In this document: piece by piece, positions 36,280 through 46,040 of the stretch
Position numbering within the stretch: position 1 is the first letter of the stretch
How the letters are laid out: each line of letters opens with the position of its first letter
DNA from: an uncultured Ruminococcus sp.
GTDB taxonomy: Bacteria > Bacillota > Clostridia > Oscillospirales > CAG-382
Length of the DNA stretch: 64,000 nt
Direction of reading: 5' to 3'
NCBI GenBank assembly: GCA_964530795.1
Contig: CAZHBX010000007.1
Coordinates: 95-64,094 of the forward strand
Made by a program: the position numbers and the translations under genes
The notes under the pieces: generated by a model
Database searches by the model: none
What the model was told of the DNA's origin: nothing
Seen by the model: the letters and a program-made list of their open reading frames with translations, nothing else

Positions 36280-38067
36280 ATGACGGAATTACTCGGCGAG
36301 GAGCGCCGCACGCACCTTTGCGGCGAACTGCGGACGGACCACGAGGGACAGGAAGTCTGCGTGATGGGCTGGGTGCGCAAGCGGAGGGACCTCGGGAACC
36401 TGTTGTTCATCGACCTGCGGGACCGCAGCGGCGTGGTGCAGCTCGCGTTTGACGGCGGGACTGACCCGGCGACGTTTGAAAAAGCGTCCGGGGTGCGGAG
36501 CGAGTTCGTGCTGGCCGCCCGCGGGATCGTGCGTCGCCGCGCGTCGGTCAACCCCGACCTGCCGACCGGACAAGTTGAGGTGTTCGTGACTTTGCTGAAG
36601 ATCCTCGGCGAGAGCGATACCCCGCCGTTCGAGATCGCCGACAACTGCAAGACCGGCGAGGAACTACGCCTGAAATACCGCTATTTGGACCTGCGTCGCC
36701 CGATATTGCAGCGGAATCTGCTGTTCCGTCACCGCGTCGCGAAGGTGACGCGGGATTACTTTGACGAAAACGGGTTTATCGAGTTGGAGACCCCGATGCT
36801 CATTCGATCTACGCCGGAAGGGGCGCGGGATTACCTCGTGCCGTCCCGGGTACACCCGGGCTCGTTTTACGCCCTGCCGCAATCTCCGCAGCTGTACAAA
36901 CAGCTTTCGATGGTCGCCGGGTTCGACCGTTACTTCCAGCTCGCCCGCTGCTTCCGTGACGAGGACCTGCGGGCCGATCGGCAGCCGGAATTCACCCAGA
37001 TCGACCTCGAAATGAGCTTTGTCGATATGGAGGATATCCTGAAGATGGCTGAGGGGTATTTGCAGCGGCTGTTCCGGGAGACGCTCGGCGTGGAGCTTCC
37101 GCTTCCGCTCCCGCGCTACACCTACCGCGAGGTCATGGACCGTTTCGGCTCGGACAAGCCGGACCTGCGTTTCGGCATGGAAATCTGCGACCTGTCGGAT
37201 GCGGTGCGGGGGTGTGGATTTTCGGTGTTCAGCCGTGCGCTGGAGGCGGGTGGGAGCGTCCGCGCCATCGTGCTGAAGGACGCCGCTGGGAAGATGACCC
37301 GCAAGGAGATCGATAAGTTGGTCGAATACGCCAAGGGCTGCGGGGCGTCCGGGGTCGCCTGGGTGCGCCGCGCGGAGCAGACGAGCTCGTCGTTTGCGAA
37401 ATTCCTCACCGAGGAGGAGATGCAGCGGGTCTATGACCGTTCCGGGTGCGAGGAGGGGGATATCCTGCTCGCGATGGCGGACGAGGATACCGACAAATTG
37501 CTTTCCCAGCTCGGGCAGCTGCGCCTGGAGGCCGCCAACCGCCTCGGGATCGAGCGGAAGGGATATTCCTTCCTGTGGGTGGTGGAGTTTCCGTTCTTTG
37601 CGTACGACCGTGAAAGCGGGGAGTGGCTGGCGATGCATCATCCGTTCACGGCGATCGTGGACGAGTGCCTGCCCTACCTCGAAACCGATAAGGGGCGCGT
37701 CCGCGCGAAATGTTACGACCTGGTACTCAACGGCATTGAGCTGTCCTCCGGGTCCATTCGGATCACCGACCCGGAGCTGCAGGCAAAAATCTTTGAGCTG
37801 CTCGGCATCTCCGACGAAGAGGCCCGCGCGAAGTTCGGTTATCTGCTCGATGCGTTCCGGTACGGTGCGCCGCCCCACGGCGGGATGGCCATAGGTCTTG
37901 ACCGGCTGGTGATGCAGATGCTGGGCGCGGACAGTCTGCGTGACGTGGTTGCGTTCCCGAAGGTGCAGAACGCCTCGGAACTGATGACCGGCTGCCCGGC
38001 GGAAGTGCCGAATCAGGCGCTGCGCGACCTCGGTTTGCTCCTGGAAGAGGAGCCGCGGAAACAATGA
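36280..38067 (+). CDS. aspS: Aspartate--tRNA ligase
   Basis: RTHLCGEL, TPEGARDY, FRDEDLRADRQPEF, HHPFT and PPHGG motifs. Confidence 0.97.
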   Translation: MTELLGEERRTHLCGELRTDHEGQEVCVMGWVRKRRDLGNLLFIDLRDRSGVVQLAFDGGTDPATFEKASGVRSEFVLAARGIVRRRASVNPDLPTGQVEVFVTLLKILGESDTPPFEIADNCKTGEELRLKYRYLDLRRPILQRNLLFRHRVAKVTRDYFDENGFIELETPMLIRSTPEGARDYLVPSRVHPGSFYALPQSPQLYKQLSMVAGFDRYFQLARCFRDEDLRADRQPEFTQIDLEMSFVDMEDILKMAEGYLQRLFRETLGVELPLPLPRYTYREVMDRFGSDKPDLRFGMEICDLSDAVRGCGFSVFSRALEAGGSVRAIVLKDAAGKMTRKEIDKLVEYAKGCGASGVAWVRRAEQTSSSFAKFLTEEEMQRVYDRSGCEEGDILLAMADEDTDKLLSQLGQLRLEAANRLGIERKGYSFLWVVEFPFFAYDRESGEWLAMHHPFTAIVDECLPYLETDKGRVRAKCYDLVLNGIELSSGSIRITDPELQAKIFELLGISDEEARAKFGYLLDAFRYGAPPHGGMAIGLDRLVMQMLGADSLRDVVAFPKVQNASELMTGCPAEVPNQALRDLGLLLEEEPRKQ

Positions 38068-38095
38068 CGCAATTTACCGAAAGGAAACGCCAGAT

Positions 38096-39058
38096 ATGAT
38101 CGAAATCAAGAATCTCTGCAAGGTGTTCGGCGATAAGCGGGCGGTTGACGACGTCAGCTTTCGCGTTGAGGAAGGGGAGATTATGGGCTTTCTCGGCCCA
38201 AACGGCGCCGGAAAGTCCACGACGCTCAACATTCTCACCGGCTATCTCTCCGCGACGTCGGGGACCTGCCTCGTCAACGGTCTCGACATCCTCGAGCAGC
38301 CGCTTGAAGCGAAGCGAAACATCGGCTTCCTGCCGGAGATTCCCCCGCTGTACACGGATATGACGGTCAGGGAGTACCTGAACTTTATCTATGACCTAAA
38401 GGGTTGCACGTTTCCGCGTGCGCAGCACATCCGCGAGATTTGCGACGTCGTCAAGATCGGCGACGTGTACGGACGGCTCATCGGCAACCTGTCGAAGGGC
38501 TACCGGCAGCGCGTCGGCATCGCGCAGGCACTCATCGGCAATCCACGGGTGCTGATTTTCGACGAACCGACCGTCGGGCTCGACCCGAAGCAGATTATTG
38601 ACATCCGTAACCTCATTCGTATGCTCGGCAAGGAGCACACGATCATCCTTTCCACGCATATCTTGCCGGAGGTGCAGGCGGTCTGCGACCGCATCGTCGT
38701 CATTAACAAAGGCAAACTGGTTGCCAACGAAAAGACCGAGGACCTCGTCACGGCGGTCGACGGTTCGCGCAAAATGGTTGCGAAGATCGTCGGCCCGCAG
38801 GAGGACGTCCTCAAGGCGCTCAGGTCGGTCGCTGGCATCCGCACGGTGGACGTGCTTGGAAAGCGCGACACGGACAGTATCAGCTACCTGATTGAGTCCG
38901 AGGAGCGCGTGGACGCCAGAAAGCCGCTGTTCTACATGCTCTCTACGAAGGGCTGGCCGCTGGTCGGTCTGGAAGGGGTCGAACTGAGTCTGGAAGATAT
39001 TTTTATCCGCCTGGTGGGCGAAAGCCGGCGGAAGAGCCGGAAAGGGGGCGAGGGCTGA
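38096..39058 (+). CDS. ABC transporter ATP-binding protein (GldA-like)
   Basis: GPNGAGKST, LSKGYRQRVG and DEPTVGLDP motifs. Confidence 0.9.
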   Translation: MIEIKNLCKVFGDKRAVDDVSFRVEEGEIMGFLGPNGAGKSTTLNILTGYLSATSGTCLVNGLDILEQPLEAKRNIGFLPEIPPLYTDMTVREYLNFIYDLKGCTFPRAQHIREICDVVKIGDVYGRLIGNLSKGYRQRVGIAQALIGNPRVLIFDEPTVGLDPKQIIDIRNLIRMLGKEHTIILSTHILPEVQAVCDRIVVINKGKLVANEKTEDLVTAVDGSRKMVAKIVGPQEDVLKALRSVAGIRTVDVLGKRDTDSISYLIESEERVDARKPLFYMLSTKGWPLVGLEGVELSLEDIFIRLVGESRRKSRKGGEG

Positions 39059-39765
39059 TGTTTGCAATTTATAAGCGGGAACTGCGTTCCTATTTCATCA
39101 CGCCGATCGGGTATATCTTTTGCGGGGTGTTCCTGCTCGTGTCAGGGTTGCTGTTCTACCAGTCCACGCTCGCGCGTCAGAGCATGGATAGTCTGAACCA
39201 GTATTTTCTGCTGCTCATCTGTGTCTTTGCCATTCTTATCCCGCTTCTGACGATGAAGCTGCTTGCGGAGGACCGCCGATCTAAGACCGAACAGCTGCTG
39301 ATGACCGCTCCGGTCAGCCTGACCGGTATGATTCTCGGCAAGTATTTTGCCGCGCTGACGATCTACGGCTGCACGTTTCTGGTCAACTCGTTCAATTTCG
39401 TGCTGCTGTACCGCTATGGCAATCCAAATACGGCTGCGATCTTTGCGAACATCCTCGGCGTGTTCCTCATCGGCGCTGCCTTCATCGCCATCGGACTTTT
39501 CCTGTCGTCGCTGACGCAGAACCAGCTGATTGCGGCCGTCTCCTCTATGGGGGTCATCGTCGCGATGCTGCTGCTGTATGTGATCGGCGACGCGATCCCG
39601 TACGCGTGGCTGCGTTCGGTGCTGCAATGGTTCTCCGTGCTCGACCGGTACATTCCGTTCATGAACCAGAGCCTGAGCCTTCCGGCGGTGGTGTACTACC
39701 TCTCGCTTGCGGCGGTGTTCGTCTTCTTGACGGTGCGCGTCTATGACAAGCGCCGTTGGTCCTGA
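39058..39765 (+). CDS. ABC-2 type permease (GldF-like)
   Basis: AIYKRELRSYF.TP, IPLLTM..AE.R..T.QLL.T.P, SSLTQNQLIAA. Confidence 0.85.
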   Translation: MFAIYKRELRSYFITPIGYIFCGVFLLVSGLLFYQSTLARQSMDSLNQYFLLLICVFAILIPLLTMKLLAEDRRSKTEQLLMTAPVSLTGMILGKYFAALTIYGCTFLVNSFNFVLLYRYGNPNTAAIFANILGVFLIGAAFIAIGLFLSSLTQNQLIAAVSSMGVIVAMLLLYVIGDAIPYAWLRSVLQWFSVLDRYIPFMNQSLSLPAVVYYLSLAAVFVFLTVRVYDKRRWS

Positions 39766-39786
39766 AAGAGAACGGGGGTGCCCATC

Positions 39787-41340
39787 ATGGAAAAGCAACG
39801 GAAGAAAACTGAAAATCAGGCGGAACGCGGCAGCCGTATCAAGCGCGGGAGCGTTTCCGCTGTCTATACCGTCGTATTTGTGGCGCTCGTGATCGCGCTC
39901 AACCTCATCGTGTCCTCGGTCGCCGGGACGTTCAGCCTGACGATCGACTTAACAGCGGAGGAATTTATTTCCATCGGGGAAATCTCGCGCAACGTCCTCG
40001 GCGGATTGGAATCTGACGGCGACCTCGACGCGACCATCTACTTGCTCGCCGACCGCGATGCGTACGACAACGTTGGCGATACCGACCGCGAGCGGATGCG
40101 TGGGTTGAACCCCGCCGCGCTCGTGCGGGACCTTTGCGAGGAGTATGCCCGCACCTACGACGGTGTGCGCGTCGAATACCGCAATCTGCAAAGAGACCCG
40201 GAATGGGCGGCCGAGTACAATGCCCGCGCTAACACCACGCTCGGGCAGAACAACATCATCGTCGAGGGCAAGTATCACGCCCGTGTGCTGACGCTGGACT
40301 CGTTCTATACGGTTGACAGCGAATCCGGCACCTATGTCGGCTTCAACGGCGAACTCCGGCTCACTACGGCCCTGCTGCAAAGCTGCATGTCCGAGCCGCA
40401 GGTCGTGACCTTCACGTCCGGCCATGGCGAACCGGCCCAGCTAAGCGAGGCCGGCGCCGTTGCAACCCCGCTCTCCAAGCTGCTGCAGGATAACGGCTTT
40501 GAGATCCAGGTTTCCGACCTTTCCGCTGGCGACATCGACGAACGTACCCGCATTCTGATCGTTGCCGATCCGCTGGCCGACTTTACCGAGTCGGAAGTGG
40601 ATAAGCTGATGGACTACATGGACGGATACCACAGCATGATCGTTCTGGTGGATGATTCCACCCCGGCCCTGCCGAATTTGCAGGATTACCTGCTGACCGA
40701 ATGGGGACTCGGCTATCGGGAGTACCATCAGGTCAGCTCTGTCGGCGGGTGTCTCAACAATAACCCGCTGAACCTGTCGGCCCAGTACGTGTCCGACGTC
40801 GAGACTCCGGACAGTAGCGCGTCCTATCAGGTGATGAAGAACGTGCTGAACATCCGCACGGTCATGCCCAACAGCGTTGAACTGTATAGTGCGCCGACCA
40901 CGACCAAGGATAAATACACGGTCGAACCCGTGCTGCGGTCCGCCGACGGGCTTTCAACCTACGAGGGGGAGAGCGAGGAAGGAGTTTTCCCGCTGATGCT
41001 GCTGTCCTCGAATTCGGATTACGTCGATCTCGACGATGAAAACAGCACCAATCAGGTGCGGGAGTTCCAGTACGTGCTGCTGTCCGGTTCGACGGATTTC
41101 GCCGGGACGGGGGCGATCGATAACGTCGCCTATGGCAACAGCACCCTCCTGCTGTCCGCCGCCCGTACAATGGGCGTGGACCGCTACTCGCTGGACATCG
41201 ATTACAAGAGCATCAACGACGTCGCGTTGGGGATTGAGACGTCCTCCGCGTTCCGTCTGGGGATCATCATCTGCGCGGTGCTGCCCGCCGCGATCACGAT
41301 CACGGGGTTGGTGGTCTTTATCCGCCGCAGACACCTGTGA
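39787..41340 (+). CDS. GldG-like ABC auxiliary membrane protein
   Basis: N- and C-terminal TM helices, IDLT, FTSGHGE, P..DFTE.E, terminal RRRHL. Confidence 0.75.
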   Translation: MEKQRKKTENQAERGSRIKRGSVSAVYTVVFVALVIALNLIVSSVAGTFSLTIDLTAEEFISIGEISRNVLGGLESDGDLDATIYLLADRDAYDNVGDTDRERMRGLNPAALVRDLCEEYARTYDGVRVEYRNLQRDPEWAAEYNARANTTLGQNNIIVEGKYHARVLTLDSFYTVDSESGTYVGFNGELRLTTALLQSCMSEPQVVTFTSGHGEPAQLSEAGAVATPLSKLLQDNGFEIQVSDLSAGDIDERTRILIVADPLADFTESEVDKLMDYMDGYHSMIVLVDDSTPALPNLQDYLLTEWGLGYREYHQVSSVGGCLNNNPLNLSAQYVSDVETPDSSASYQVMKNVLNIRTVMPNSVELYSAPTTTKDKYTVEPVLRSADGLSTYEGESEEGVFPLMLLSSNSDYVDLDDENSTNQVREFQYVLLSGSTDFAGTGAIDNVAYGNSTLLLSAARTMGVDRYSLDIDYKSINDVALGIETSSAFRLGIIICAVLPAAITITGLVVFIRRRHL

Positions 41341-41359
41341 GCACCGGAAAGGAACCGAC

Positions 41360-44029
41360 ATGAGCATGGAAGAAAATCAAAACCGGGACCTGTCCGGGGA
41401 ACGGACCTCCCCGGAGGCCGCGCCGACGGACACACAGGAAAATTCGCCGGAAAATCAACCGGACGACGAAATTTCCGAGGAGGAGAAACGGGAAATTCTC
41501 TCGGTGTTCTCCGAAACCAATGAAAACAAGCGCAGACGGGGCGGTTTTCGCCTGACGGTACGCAACCAGCTGATCCTCGTCGGCAGCGTCCTCGTGCTTG
41601 CAGGGATCCTGCTGGGGGTGTATTTTCTCGCGCTGAAGCAGGACGACCCGCTTCCCGATTTCTACGCGATTGACGCGCGGACCGAGCAGATGCTCGACGG
41701 GCTGGACGAGCGGGTGGATGTGCTCTTTTGCAACCGTTCCGAAAAGGAGCTGACCGAGGAGTCCGATCCGGACGTCTATCGTATCTATACCTACGCTTCC
41801 CTCTACGCCGATCGCACGGGAAAGGTGAAGCTCGACTGCGACGACCGTGACACGTTTAACGGCGTCCGGCTGACTTGTGGGGGGCAGACGAAAGAGATTC
41901 CGTACGAGGATTTTTATCTCTCGCGCGCTTCCGACGGCAAGACGTGGGGCTTCGACGGGGAGGCGCTGTTCACCAACGCGATCCTGTCGCTGACCGGCGG
42001 GGAGGCGTTGGAGCTCGCGGTCCGTCCGCTCGACGGATTTGACGCGTATGGCTGCGACGTACTCGCGTCGGGCGGTGTGGTCATGTTTCCGATGGTGGAC
42101 CGTTCGAACATTGAGCTGCTCGAAATGGAGAATCAGTCTGGGTCCTATACGGTTTACCAGAACGACGGGGACTTCTATTTCAAGGATTGCGAGCAGCTGA
42201 CATATAACGCGAACCTGTTTGCGTCGCTGCTGGTGGACTGCCGCTATGTCGTCACGGCGGGCGTGGTCGATCAGGCGCTTGACTATTCCGTGTACGGCCT
42301 CGACGAGGAAGAGGAACTGACCTGCAATTTCCTTTTGATAACCCTCCCGGACAGCGACGGGAACCGTCTGTTCCATCAGGTCTGGATCGGCAATAAAGAT
42401 TCCGCCGGGGCGTACTACTACGCCCGCTACTTTGGCGGTCGGATGAACGCGGACAATACCGTGACGGACAGCTTTTCGAGTGCGCGGGTGTTCCGAATCC
42501 AGGCGTCGAACGTCGATGGGGTACTCAACGCCCCGGTCGAGACGTTTTTCGACGCGAATCTGGTCGGCGGCATCTCCAAGGCGGAGGACGTTTATTCCTT
42601 CGATCAGGTCCGGCTGGAGTACTTCTACTATGACGAGGAGCGTCCGGACTTTTCGGCGCTGATCCTCAACCTACCGATCATCGATTTCTCCGACAATATC
42701 ACCTCCAACGATTCCAACGCGGCTGATCTGCTGCGGGATAAGAAGTCGTATGCGTCCACCGGGCTGACCTACGAGGACTGGACCGGCGAGCGGGACAAGG
42801 CGTACCTCGTCGGGCTTAACAGCAGTGACGGCGAGCCGTTCTCGGTGAGAGCGGCGGTGACGAACGCCGCGGAGGACGGGGTGTACGATTGCAGCTTCGG
42901 GTTGCTACTTGACAGCGATAACGCGACCTACCCGGCGCTGCTGCCGGATTCAATCGACATCCGCTACAGCTCCGACGGCATCAACTATCGCAAGCTGTCC
43001 GGGCACGGGTTGGATTTCTCGACCCAGCAGGAGGACACGGTAAAGACCTACTCCTTCCGCATCCGGAGCGACGAGCCGGTGCTGAAGATCGAACTGACCT
43101 TCACCCTGCCGAAGAAGATCGGGTATCTGGTGATGGACGACATCGTCATCACCGCCAATGGCGAGGACGCCGTGCCGAACGACGCGCTTTCGGGCGTGTG
43201 GCGGATGGTGCAGGGAGGAGAATTCATTCCGGAAGGCAAGAACTACTGCTACATGGACACCACCAACTTCCCGGACTTTCTCTACAGCATCGGCACGCTG
43301 CAGGGGGACAGCGTCGCGAAGGTGGGCATCAGCGTGCGGAGCGGCGTGCAGGGCGAAAATGACATAATCCGCACGGAAATTCTCGCGGAGTACGGGCTCG
43401 ACCGTCCGGCGATGCACGTTTCTTACCTGTACGACGGCTACGTAACCGACCTATACGTGTCCGCTTATGATGAGGAGGGTGGCTGCTACTACGCCTACTC
43501 CACCGTCACCGGGGACGCCCTCGGAAACGGGAAGAACGTCACGATGTGCACCGGGTTTATCGCCCGACTGTCCGCGGATACGGCGGCTTGGCTGGAGTGG
43601 GATCCGCTTGAGCTGGTCGATCATTCGCTGGTGGGGATGTTCGTCTATGAGATCGAGCAGATGACCGTTGATTACGACGGAACGGAGTACGTCTTCAACG
43701 TCAGGGCCGACGGCACGACGCTGACCTCCGTCAGCTGGAACGGCAAGGAACTCGACGAGGAGAGCTTCCGATACCTCTACCTTTCTATCGTGCAGCTAAA
43801 TATGCGGGACACCTACACGGAAGACGGTGCGGAGACCCCGACGGAGTACCTGCGGGTGAAGATCAAGACCACATCGGACGAGAAAGAGTTCGTGTTTTAC
43901 CGCGTTTCGTCCAGCCGGGCCTACTACACCATTGATGGCGAGGGGCAGTACTATTGCCTGTTCAACTCGCTGCGCAACGTGACGACCAAGTTGCTGCAGT
44001 TTATTAACGGGGAGAAAGTCGGCCGATGA
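41360..44029 (+). CDS. Large membrane-anchored protein with DUF4340-like regions
   Basis: Single TM helix, acidic extracellular part, repeated YGLD motifs; GAAAGGA RBS. Confidence 0.6.
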   Translation: MSMEENQNRDLSGERTSPEAAPTDTQENSPENQPDDEISEEEKREILSVFSETNENKRRRGGFRLTVRNQLILVGSVLVLAGILLGVYFLALKQDDPLPDFYAIDARTEQMLDGLDERVDVLFCNRSEKELTEESDPDVYRIYTYASLYADRTGKVKLDCDDRDTFNGVRLTCGGQTKEIPYEDFYLSRASDGKTWGFDGEALFTNAILSLTGGEALELAVRPLDGFDAYGCDVLASGGVVMFPMVDRSNIELLEMENQSGSYTVYQNDGDFYFKDCEQLTYNANLFASLLVDCRYVVTAGVVDQALDYSVYGLDEEEELTCNFLLITLPDSDGNRLFHQVWIGNKDSAGAYYYARYFGGRMNADNTVTDSFSSARVFRIQASNVDGVLNAPVETFFDANLVGGISKAEDVYSFDQVRLEYFYYDEERPDFSALILNLPIIDFSDNITSNDSNAADLLRDKKSYASTGLTYEDWTGERDKAYLVGLNSSDGEPFSVRAAVTNAAEDGVYDCSFGLLLDSDNATYPALLPDSIDIRYSSDGINYRKLSGHGLDFSTQQEDTVKTYSFRIRSDEPVLKIELTFTLPKKIGYLVMDDIVITANGEDAVPNDALSGVWRMVQGGEFIPEGKNYCYMDTTNFPDFLYSIGTLQGDSVAKVGISVRSGVQGENDIIRTEILAEYGLDRPAMHVSYLYDGYVTDLYVSAYDEEGGCYYAYSTVTGDALGNGKNVTMCTGFIARLSADTAAWLEWDPLELVDHSLVGMFVYEIEQMTVDYDGTEYVFNVRADGTTLTSVSWNGKELDEESFRYLYLSIVQLNMRDTYTEDGAETPTEYLRVKIKTTSDEKEFVFYRVSSSRAYYTIDGEGQYYCLFNSLRNVTTKLLQFINGEKVGR

Positions 44030-44823
44030 ACATGCGCGGGGCGTTCCGGTTCGCGTCGCGGCTTTTCGCGCTAACGCTTGCGGCGGCGGTTTGCGGGTGT
44101 TCCGCCGGCTTAGACGAGCAGGCATATGAAGAACTCGCCGGGATCTACGAGAACGCCGGCGCGGTGACACGGGGTGCGTTGGAATTCTCCATGGAAGCGT
44201 CTTTCCGCGACTTAGAAATCGGGGAAAGCGGCGTGCTGTACGCGATCGACGGTGAGGCGCGGTACGATACCGCACAGCAGATCGCGTGGCAGCGTTTCCG
44301 CATGACTCGTCTCGGCGCGACGGCGGATGCCGAGGAATTTTACCGGAACGGGGTGAAAACGCACGTCGAAAAGCAGGAAACTACAACCACTCCGACCGAG
44401 CCGGAGACCCTGTTCGGGGTGTTTCCTTACCGACTTCCGCCGCTCCCGGCGCTTTCGTCGCTTGCAGAACTGGACCGGGAGGAGAATGGGACGGGGCTGC
44501 TTTGGACAACGGTCTGCGGGACCGGACAGAAGGAACTTCTCGAGGATGTCTGGGGACTCGACCTCTATGCCCTCGCCGGGATCTCCCTGCCGGACCGGGA
44601 AAAGGAATCCTACGGGGACGTGACTTGCACGTGGATCACCGAAGGGGATTCGCTGCGGTCGGTGTACGTCCGGCTGACCGTGACGCTCTACGAGCAGAGC
44701 GGCTACACGCCGGGCTATGGCGGCGGGAACGATAACGGACGGCTGGATCTGACGGTGCAGGCCCGTCTCTCCGTAACGGAGACCGGGGAAGCCGTGGAGA
44801 TTCCGGCCTACGAAGCGGACTAA
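44026..44823 (+). CDS. Putative lipoprotein
   Basis: Basic N-terminus, hydrophobic stretch, VCGC lipobox-like site; ATGA overlap with upstream gene. Confidence 0.55.
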   Translation: MNMRGAFRFASRLFALTLAAAVCGCSAGLDEQAYEELAGIYENAGAVTRGALEFSMEASFRDLEIGESGVLYAIDGEARYDTAQQIAWQRFRMTRLGATADAEEFYRNGVKTHVEKQETTTTPTEPETLFGVFPYRLPPLPALSSLAELDREENGTGLLWTTVCGTGQKELLEDVWGLDLYALAGISLPDREKESYGDVTCTWITEGDSLRSVYVRLTVTLYEQSGYTPGYGGGNDNGRLDLTVQARLSVTETGEAVEIPAYEAD

Positions 44824-44842
44824 CGGCCGGGAGGAACGGGGC

Positions 44843-45472
44843 ATGGATGAAAAAACACCGATTTGCTACGTATTCGGCGCGGGAGACGGGGCGGACGGCC
44901 CGGTTTCTCTGCGTGACGGGGATTTTGCCGTCGCGGCGGACGGCGGGCTGCTGCTGGCCGGTCGGCTCGGCGTGGAACCGGACCTGACGCTGGGGGATTT
45001 CGATTCGCTCGGTTATGTCCCGGAAGGGGAGCGGGTGCGGGTCTTTCCGGCGCGGAAGGACGAAACCGACCTTATGCTCGCCTGCCGGGAGGGGCTCTCC
45101 CGCGGATATCGGCGTTTCCGGCTGTACGGGGCGCTGGGAGGTGCGCGGGTCAGCCACACGGTCGCAAATCTGCAACTGCTGCGGTGGCTGGCGGACGAGG
45201 GCGCCGTCGGGACGCTCTGCGGACCGGGGTGCGAAGTGACGCTTCTGCGGGATCGGACGGTACGCTTTCCGGCGGAGCAGACTGGGTTTCTCTCGCTGTT
45301 CGCGGCGGGGGAACGAGCGGTTGTGACGGCCCGCGGGGTCGCTTATCCGCTTGAGCGCGGGATTCTGACTGGACGCTATCCGCTGGGCGTGAGCAACGAA
45401 TTTCGCGGGGTCGGCGCCGAGGTGACGACCCACGAGGGGGACTTGTGGCTGATTTTGGAGCCATTCGCGTAA
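44843..45472 (+). CDS. thiN: Thiamine diphosphokinase
   Basis: AADGG, GDFDS, KDETD, GALGG.R..H..AN and GVSNEF motifs. Confidence 0.92.
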   Translation: MDEKTPICYVFGAGDGADGPVSLRDGDFAVAADGGLLLAGRLGVEPDLTLGDFDSLGYVPEGERVRVFPARKDETDLMLACREGLSRGYRRFRLYGALGGARVSHTVANLQLLRWLADEGAVGTLCGPGCEVTLLRDRTVRFPAEQTGFLSLFAAGERAVVTARGVAYPLERGILTGRYPLGVSNEFRGVGAEVTTHEGDLWLILEPFA

Positions 45473-45500
45473 AAAAATGCAAAAAAATCCGAAAAAGATC

Positions 45501-45529
45501 TTGCATTTTTCAAAAAAGTATGGTATAAT
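45501..45529 (+). promoter_or_regulatory. Sigma-A promoter of rplS
   Basis: TTGCAT-17-TATAAT with TG extended -10. Confidence 0.8.
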
Positions 45530-45545
45530 GACCTGTCATTTTGTG

Positions 45546-45579
45546 GGGACGGTCCTCTGCTGCTCGGTACGAACGTTCC
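45546..45579 (+). ncRNA. L19 ribosomal protein leader
   Basis: GGGACG-GTCCTCTG...GAA-CGTTCC hairpin between the promoter and rplS, matching the Bacillota L19-leader pattern. Confidence 0.65.
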
Positions 45580-45616
45580 GGAAAGACGATAAATTCAGGA
45601 GGAAGGATGAACGAGT

Positions 45617-45958
45617 ATGACAGCGCTAGAAGCATTTGCCAGCCAACAGCTGAAAGCGGAAGTCCCGCAGTTCTGCGTGGGTGATACCGTAAAAGTGCAT
45701 CAGCGGATCGTCGAGGGGAGCCGTGAACGGACCCAGATTTTCGAAGGGACCGTCATCGCCCGAAAGAACGGCGGTATTTCCGAAACATTTACCGTCCGCC
45801 GTGTTTCTTTCGGCGTCGGGACGGAGAAGACTTTCCCGCTGCACTCTCCGAATGTTCAGAAGGTGGAAGTGGTCCGGACCGGCAAGGTTCGCAGAGCCAA
45901 GCTTTACTACCTGCGCGACAGAGTGGGCAAGAGTGCAAAGGTAAAGGAAAAAATCTGA
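45617..45958 (+). CDS. rplS: 50S ribosomal protein L19
   Basis: GDTVKV, RTQIFEG, ETFTVRR and [10 protein letters not shown] motifs. Confidence 0.98.
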   Translation: MTALEAFASQQLKAEVPQFCVGDTVKVHQRIVEGSRERTQIFEGTVIARKNGGISETFTVRRVSFGVGTEKTFPLHSPNVQKVEVVRTGKVRRAKLYYLRDRVGKSAKVKEKI

Positions 45959-45990
45959 CTTTTGATGCAAGGCGCCTCTCTGCGGGGTGC

Positions 45991-46015
45991 AAAGCACCTC
46001 TTTTGAGGTGCTTTT
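45991..46015 (+). terminator. Terminator after rplS
   Basis: AAAGCACCTC-TTTT-GAGGTGCTTTT. Confidence 0.75.
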
Positions 46016-46040
46016 CTTTCAAACAAGGAGGTGAGCCGGG

